Assembly (NCBI GenBank): GCA_965237675.1
Contig: OZ250150.1
Location: forward strand, 1,088,001-1,152,000
From: Candidatus Latescibacterota bacterium
Lineage (GTDB): Bacteria > Latescibacterota > UBA2968 > GCA-2709665
Reading direction: 5' to 3'
Length of the DNA stretch: 64,000 bases
Shown: positions 58,184 through 64,000 of the stretch, in pieces
How the letters are laid out: the number at the start of each line of letters is the position of its first letter
How positions within the stretch are numbered: position 1 is the stretch's first letter
Made by a program: the position numbers and the translations under genes
The notes under the pieces: model-generated
The model's database searches: none
Told to the model about the DNA's origin: nothing
Seen by the model: only the letters and a program-made list of their open reading frames with translations

Positions 58184-59530
58184 ATGGAATCACAGCACGT
58201 CCAGGCATCGCTCGACAGGCAGATTGCCGAATACATGGACAAACACCCGCGATCCCAAGCGATGTTCAAACGGGCCCAGGCATCGCTTCCCGGCGGGAAC
58301 ACACGCACCGGCGTCCACTTCGATCCGTTCCCGGTCTACGCCGACCGCGGCGAAGGCATCCATCTCATCGATTTGGACGGACATCGCCTTCTCGACTTCG
58401 TGAACAACAATACCGCCCTCATCCTGGGCCACGCCCACCCCGAAATCGTCGCCGCGCTCAGGGAACGGATAGCCCTCGGCACGGGCTTCTCAAGACCGTT
58501 GGCCCTCGAAGTCGAAATGGCTGAATTTCTGAAGAACCGCGTCGGCTCCTTTGAAAAGGTACGCTTCTGCAGTTCCGGCACCGAAGCCATCCTCAATGCC
58601 ATCCGCGCCGCGCGCGCCTTCACCGGCAAAACCAGAATCGCCAAATTCGAAGGGGCGTACCACGGGATGGATGAATACGTAATGGTAAGCCACCTCCCTC
58701 CGGTCGACGGAAATCTTGGGCCGGCTACGCGACCCTGCTCCGTGCCTTCCTCACGCGGCCTCACCCCTCAGGCCGTCGAGAATGTCATCGTCCTCCCATT
58801 CAACGACGCCGACGCCTGCGATACAATCATCAACGAACACCGGAACGATCTGGCCGCGGTGGTGGTCGATCCGCTTTCAACAGCAGCCGGTTTTACCCTT
58901 CCGGTCGACGGCTTTCTTGCGCGTCTCCGCGAAATCACGGAACGCGCCGGCATAATGCTCATATTCGACGAGATCGTAAGCTTCCGCATCTCCTCCGGCG
59001 GGGCCCAGGAAACGTATGGCGTGCGCCCTGACCTCACGTGCCTGGGTAAAGTCGTGGCTGGCGGCACCGCTGGCGCGGTGTTGGGCGGACGCTCCGACAT
59101 CCTGGACCTCTACAACCCCGCGGGAGGGGCCCCGCAAATTCCCCATTCCGGCACGTATAACGCCAACCCCATCGCCATCGTCGCAGGCCTCACGACCCTT
59201 CGCATGCTCACGCCGGAAGCCTATGAGAGGCTGGATTCTCTGACGAGGCGACTCGCCGATGGGCTCAGACGCGTTTTCCAGGATGCCGGCCTTCAGGTCC
59301 GGGTCACAACGGCCGGCTCCCTCTTCCGGATTCACTTTCTCTCCGAGAAACCCCGGAACTACCGCGAAGCCGCCCGGGACAACCAGACTCTGCACCGATG
59401 GCTGTTCTTCGCCCTGCTCAACCGCGGGATCTACTGGAAACTCGGCGGCAACGTCTCATTGCCCATGGAAACGTCTCACGTCGATCAACTGGCCTCGGCC
59501 GTGGACGACGCGCTACGAACACGAAAATAA
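58184..59530 (+). CDS. Class III PLP aminotransferase (HemL/GSA-aminomutase-like)
   Basis: LPGGNTR, ILGHAHP, SGTEA, KFEGAYHG, FDEIVSFR, LGKVVAGG, HSGTYNANP. Confidence 0.9.
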   Translation: MESQHVQASLDRQIAEYMDKHPRSQAMFKRAQASLPGGNTRTGVHFDPFPVYADRGEGIHLIDLDGHRLLDFVNNNTALILGHAHPEIVAALRERIALGTGFSRPLALEVEMAEFLKNRVGSFEKVRFCSSGTEAILNAIRAARAFTGKTRIAKFEGAYHGMDEYVMVSHLPPVDGNLGPATRPCSVPSSRGLTPQAVENVIVLPFNDADACDTIINEHRNDLAAVVVDPLSTAAGFTLPVDGFLARLREITERAGIMLIFDEIVSFRISSGGAQETYGVRPDLTCLGKVVAGGTAGAVLGGRSDILDLYNPAGGAPQIPHSGTYNANPIAIVAGLTTLRMLTPEAYERLDSLTRRLADGLRRVFQDAGLQVRVTTAGSLFRIHFLSEKPRNYREAARDNQTLHRWLFFALLNRGIYWKLGGNVSLPMETSHVDQLASAVDDALRTRK

Positions 59531-59540
59531 GGAAAAGGAG

Positions 59541-59672
59541 GACCTCTCCCCCCGGCCCCCTCTCCTGCGAGGAGAGGGGGAGTAGAGCGAAGCGTTGAGT
59601 AAACACTGTTTTACATAGGCTCTGAATAAGCAGTTCCCCCTTCCTCTCAGGAAGGGGGGTAGGGGGTAGGTC
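59541..59672. repeat. CCTCTCCCCC/GGAGAGGG-family element
   Basis: gacctctccccccggccccctctcctgcgaggagagggg..cccccttcctctcaggaagggggg..gtaggtc; shortened inverse of 18288-18539. Confidence 0.8.
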
Positions 59673-59867
59673 TCGCAGGTGTTGCCAGAGCTGTTCTTCT
59701 TCTGTCATCTGATCTCGCATACCCGGAGGGATTATTCTGATGCTTTTGAAAGCCGTTATTGGACAGGTGTGGAACCGCCTATGAGCGTCGGATTCCCGAA
59801 AGGCACGAAAGCGCTTAGATGTGGAGGAGAGATCGTTCAAACGAAAACTGAACAGGCGAGGTGATTT

Positions 59868-60278
59868 ATGAATTCCAAATTAAAGAATGCTTTGGCCGTC
59901 ATCGTCGGTATCATTGTAGGAAGCATCGCAAATATGGTACTGGTCGTAACAGGGCCTGCAATCATCCCACTCCCTGATGGTGTCGATGTGACCAATATGG
60001 AATCCATCAGGTCATCCATGCACTTGTTCGAATTCAAACACTTCGTCTTCCCGTTCCTGGCTCATGCCTTGGGCACCCTCGCAGGCGCGTATTTGGCCGT
60101 CGTCATGGCTGCGAGCCGCAGGATGGTAGCGGCGATGGTTGTTGGTGGATTTTTCCTGATAGGCGGCATCATCAACGCCGTCTCGATAGCGTCACCCGCC
60201 TTGTTTACCGGCGTGGACCTGGCTGGCGCCTACATACCTATGGCGTGGATCGGTGCAAGATTGGCCGGAAAAGCGTAA
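59868..60278 (+). CDS. Hypothetical membrane protein
   Basis: Four TM segments; PFLAHALGTLAGA, DLAGAYIPMAW; gaggtg RBS. Confidence 0.8.
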   Translation: MNSKLKNALAVIVGIIVGSIANMVLVVTGPAIIPLPDGVDVTNMESIRSSMHLFEFKHFVFPFLAHALGTLAGAYLAVVMAASRRMVAAMVVGGFFLIGGIINAVSIASPALFTGVDLAGAYIPMAWIGARLAGKA

Positions 60279-60447
60279 GGAACAACGGCTGAATGTGCAG
60301 GGGCCAGTGGGGACGGTTGTTAATCCGAGCCGCGAAGCTGAACGGCGTCAGGGCGCATTGGCCTTCGGCAACCCGCTTCGCAGGTTCGTAGGTGCCGAGA
60401 ACATTAAGCGACAGCGGCTGACAAGTGTCGACGTGCGGAGAACATAG

Positions 60448-61224
60448 ATGAGTGCCAAGCTCTACGACCTCCCTCAGCTCTATGATATCGCGTTCTCCTG
60501 GGATCTTTCTCGAGAGATCGACTTCTTCAAAAGAGCTTTCGAAACGCACGTGCCTTTCCCGGTACGGCACATCCTGGAGCCAGCGTGCGGCTCCGGGCGC
60601 TTTCTGAGAACCTTGCCTTTCAATGGGTTCCAGGTCACTGGCTACGACGTCAACCCCGCCATGGTCCAATACGCTACGGACTCTGTTGCGGCTGCAGGTT
60701 GCCAGGGGAGTGTTCGGATTGTACTGGCCGACATGGTCTCCGCTGAGATCCCCGGTGAGTTCGATGCCGCGTTCAATTCGATTAACAGCATTGGTTACCT
60801 TCATTCCGACGATAACGTGGTTTCCCATCTGAAGGCTACGGGTTCATCGCTCCGTGAGGGCGGGATTTATCTTGTCCATCTGAATTTCGCACACGAGGGC
60901 GAACTCCCCGATGGGGATCACTGGACGATGGACCGTGACGGCATCAACGTGAAAATCTCGTGGCGAATCCTTAGCGAAGACAAAGAATCAAGATTGAGCC
61001 ACCAAATTGGCTCGTTTGAAATCGAACAGGATGGCAAGATAGAGCATGTTGATTCTCGCCATACCCTGAGGCTATGGCTATTTTCCGATCTACAGGAGTT
61101 AATCCACCGATCAGGTCAGTTTGAGGTCGTGGCGATTTATGGAGAGGATTTCGAAGAACTGAACGACTGGGAGCGCCTGTCCGGGGAACTTGGAAACGTC
61201 TACTTGACACTTCTGAAGATTTAA
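60448..61224 (+). CDS. Class I SAM-dependent methyltransferase
   Basis: ILEPACGSGR, VTGYDVNPAM, ADMV, LREGGIY. Confidence 0.9.
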   Translation: MSAKLYDLPQLYDIAFSWDLSREIDFFKRAFETHVPFPVRHILEPACGSGRFLRTLPFNGFQVTGYDVNPAMVQYATDSVAAAGCQGSVRIVLADMVSAEIPGEFDAAFNSINSIGYLHSDDNVVSHLKATGSSLREGGIYLVHLNFAHEGELPDGDHWTMDRDGINVKISWRILSEDKESRLSHQIGSFEIEQDGKIEHVDSRHTLRLWLFSDLQELIHRSGQFEVVAIYGEDFEELNDWERLSGELGNVYLTLLKI

Positions 61225-61453
61225 GCTCCCTTCGGCGATGCACCCGGGGATCATAGCCGTCGGATTCCGCCCCGGTTGCTGAAGGGACCCCCTACGCTCA
61301 ACAACACGGTTTGCGCTGCACGGCATACGCCGCTTGGCCCAATCAGGCAAACCCTCGACACGCTTCAACACCGTTCGACAGGCTCAGGGATCAGGCTCAG
61401 CGGCCGAGCTCGGAGTTCGCAAATCGGCGAATCGTAAAGCGCAATTTCGGCTC

Positions 61454-61579
61454 ATGGGAAATGAGAAGTATCGAATGCTGATCGACACCTTCCCTGACTT
61501 CATGAAAGTTTGGCAGAAGTTCGTAGCGGCTGACGAAGGCGGCAAACTGGAAGCCTGGATGGACTACATGTCTGCGTAG
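61454..61579 (+). pseudogene. Probable 5' gene fragment
   Basis: Coding-like short ORF (MLIDTFPDFMKVWQKF..EAWMDYMSA*) between a REP and a truncated hydrolase. Confidence 0.3.
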
Positions 61580-61644
61580 CTTCAACTCTTCATCGATGGT
61601 ATTGGCCAAACTCACGAACGGCTTTGGCCGGAGAGGAGATCGGT

Positions 61645-62151
61645 ATGGATCGCCGTGCGTTCCTGCGCATTGCCGGAACCGGGGCAACGCTGGCGATGAT
61701 GCCGGGCGGGTGTATAATCGCGGGAAGCAGTAGCGAGAATGGAAGAAGCGTGGAGTTAAAGAAGATGAGACGAGCCAGTCCCGAGTCCCAGGGTATACCT
61801 TCCTCCGCTGTGCTTGCTTTCATCGACGACGCAGAGGATACGCTCGACGCACTGCACAGCGTGATGATCGCCCGCAACGGTCGTGTCGTCGTGGAGGGGT
61901 GGTGGACGCCGTATTCTGCAGAACGGAATCACATGCTGTACTCGCTGAGCAAGCCCTTCACGGCGACGGCGATCGGCATCGCGCAAGCCGAAGGGCTTCT
62001 GAGCGTGGAAGACACGGTATTGTCGTTCTTCCCTGACGAGCGCCCGGAGCAACCCGGCCGCAATCTGGAGGCGATGAGGATCCGTGGACTGCAGACGACA
62101 CGTTCGCTGTCAAGCTTTGCTATACGGAATCCGCGCCCATTTACACCTTAA
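61645..62151 (+). pseudogene. 3'-truncated Tat-exported serine hydrolase (class C beta-lactamase family)
   Basis: MDRRAFL Tat motif, PESQGI, YSLSK (SxxK); family-like sequence ends after LEAMRIR (~62085), about a third of the usual length. Confidence 0.75.
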
Positions 62152-62391
62152 CGTTGCGGTTCGAGCAGCAAAGGGTGGTATTCGGACAGGTTCATCAATA
62201 TAAAACCAATGGAGCGGCTTACGCTCGTTGGCAGTGCGTCCTGAAAACAGGGCGGCCTTGCCATCCTGGAAGGCCGCCGATGCAACAGTAAGAAGAACGA
62301 ACTCCCACGGCTTCGGGCCATTCCGCCCTGTCGCCAGACCGGCTGCGCGGGTTGTTGGGTGGCGGGAAGGTTAACTGAAATCGGGGCATGA

Positions 62392-62984
62392 ATGAGCAAG
62401 TGCGTCAGAACCTACTACGACTCGGCGCCAGAGAGAGAGTGGGAACGGTTGGATACGGGGCTTTCGCGAATCGAATTCGCTTCCACTCTGCGACTCATTG
62501 AGAAATACTTTCCTGCCAGCGGAGCCGTGTGTGACATCGGAAGTGGGCCAGGCCGTTATTCAATTGAGCTCACCAGGCGTGGGTACCAGGTGACTTTATT
62601 CGACCTTTCCGGGAAGCTGCTGGAGAGGGGAGAGCGGGAATTTGCATCAGAAGGAATCAGCGCGACGCGGTTTGTACAAGGAGATGCACGCGATCTGGGT
62701 GTCTTTGAGGACGAATCTTTTGATGGTCGTGAACTCTCCGGTTTCACCGAATGTCACTGGTCCAATCCTGAGATCGCTGGCAGAGAAATTCAGGATGAGG
62801 GCTACGAATCGTAAGCTATGCGGGCGTAGAAGGCTTTGTTGGAGGTATGGCGCCACTTCTGGAGTCGCTCAGGAAAAATGAACGTTCGGCATATGACAAC
62901 GTTTTAGAATTCGCAGCGGAGACCTCGGAGTTGCCTCAGTTCAGGGATGCGACAGACCATGTCCACTTTGTCGTCGAGAAGTAG
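62392..62984 (+). pseudogene. SAM methyltransferase with internal deletion and frameshift
   Basis: YYD..EREWERL, DIGSGPGRYS, GDARDL..FD; C-terminus resumes in another frame near 62800 (LRIVSYAGVEGF..FRDATDHVHFVVEK*). Confidence 0.75.
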
Positions 62985-63075
62985 TGCCAGCCGACTCCGA
63001 CATTTTGAAGTCGAATAAAAACAGTCACACCGCACCTGCCCCACAACGTACGTTAATCGGATTCTACATATCTCT

Positions 63076-63843
63076 ATGACAGATCAGAATGCAGTCCACA
63101 AGAAAGATATCCAGACAGGTTTCCATTCTCTCGGGCTTCGAAACGGCGATGCACTCCTCTTTCACAGTTCCCTGAAGAGCTTTGGTTACGTGTACGGAGG
63201 CGCGGATACCGTCATCGACGGCGCCATCGAAGCCGTTGGCGCGACCGGTACCGTCGTTGTGCCCACTTTCGTACAAAAAGTCAACGGCGAATCCGCCACT
63301 TACAGGACCCGACGCGAAGCCTGGAACATCCGTACATCGCCCTCGGACGTGGGCCACGTCACCGAAGTCTTCCGCCGGCGCCCCGACGCCGTGCGCAGCG
63401 ACCACTGCTGCGACTCCCTGGCCGCCATCGGCGCCGAAGGCGGGCGCGCAATGGGCGGCCACAAGTCCGCTGGGCCCCGGCTGAGTCCATGGGACGAGAA
63501 AGCGTTCGGTCACGGCTCTCCGTGGGACTGGCTGGTCGAACGCAACGCCCTCTACGTCCTCATGGGCGTCGGCTTCAACGTCTGTTCCATCTTCCACTAC
63601 AGCCAGGCCCTCTGGGTGGAAAGCAATTACAAGAACACCGACGCGTCGCGCATGTGGCCCGGATTCAACTTCAGCATCATGGGCGACCGTGTCAAGTCCG
63701 CCGGCCTCGTCCGCCAGGCTTCGGTGGGACCCTCGATCTGGCAGGCCTTCCGCGTCGTTCCCGCGATCAGATACGTTGCCCGCGTCCTTCGCGACGAACC
63801 CGCCCTCATCACGCTCTCGCCACTCAAACTCTACGGCGATTGA
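63076..63843 (+). CDS. AAC(3)/YokD family N-acetyltransferase
   Basis: LGLRNGDALLFHSSLKSFG, GTVVVPTF, E.FRRRP..VRSDH, FGHGSP, LMGVG..SIFHY. Confidence 0.88.
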   Translation: MTDQNAVHKKDIQTGFHSLGLRNGDALLFHSSLKSFGYVYGGADTVIDGAIEAVGATGTVVVPTFVQKVNGESATYRTRREAWNIRTSPSDVGHVTEVFRRRPDAVRSDHCCDSLAAIGAEGGRAMGGHKSAGPRLSPWDEKAFGHGSPWDWLVERNALYVLMGVGFNVCSIFHYSQALWVESNYKNTDASRMWPGFNFSIMGDRVKSAGLVRQASVGPSIWQAFRVVPAIRYVARVLRDEPALITLSPLKLYGD

Positions 63844-63844
63844 C

Positions 63845-64000
63845 CACAGCGGACAGCGGTTAGCAAAAAGCCAATCAACAGACGTCAACACCGCAAAGTG
63901 GGCAACCACAAGGGTTGCCCCTACAAACCCCAGCGCGGCGCGCAATGGCTGGCGGCCTCACGGGTCCTCAACTCGCCAGCGGACCACCACAAAAAGTGTT
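63845..64000 (+). repeat. Heptamers + GTAG-REP, possibly leading into another scaffold element beyond the window
   Basis: gggcaaccacaagggttgcccctac 63900-63924; following cgggtcctc resembles 41603-41611. Confidence 0.6.

Noticed and set aside
58184-59530. hemL assignment
   Set aside because: GGNTR rather than GGVNSPVR and no heme genes nearby; likely a paralogue.
59840-63000. Integron with attC sites
   Set aside because: No intI and no convincing RYYYAAC..GTTRRRY paired sites seen by eye.
63076-63843. Aminoglycoside resistance gene
   Set aside because: Family motifs only; many AAC(3)/YokD-like proteins have no shown resistance role and the context is not mobile.

Overview
GC-rich bacterial chromosome segment. 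The gene content (GWxTD/TPR proteins, several Gfo/Idh/MocA oxidoreductases, a sulfatase, PhyH, FG-GAP) suggests an FCB-group organism such as Latescibacterota or Gemmatimonadota; this is inference only. Recognisable genes are recJ, ssrA (tmRNA, tag (A)ADNTYAMAA), ilvD, glpK, lpxH-like, msrA, a pspA cluster and higBA. An accessory block at about 10.9-34.2 kb, just downstream of the tmRNA 3' end, carries six kelch beta-propeller paralogues (five with lipoprotein signal peptides; four tandem and mosaic), an XRE regulator, a TA locus whose toxin appears deleted, and two large GWxTD proteins. Many intergenic spaces hold modular, nested palindromic repeats from several families, although no transposase, RAYT or RT is encoded in the window. 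The most striking is a five-copy element: a 9-bp inverted repeat always encloses exactly 81 nt made of conserved anchors and 29-nt and 27-nt divergent segments with no indels. The right end (61.3-63.0 kb) holds several truncated or frameshifted genes.
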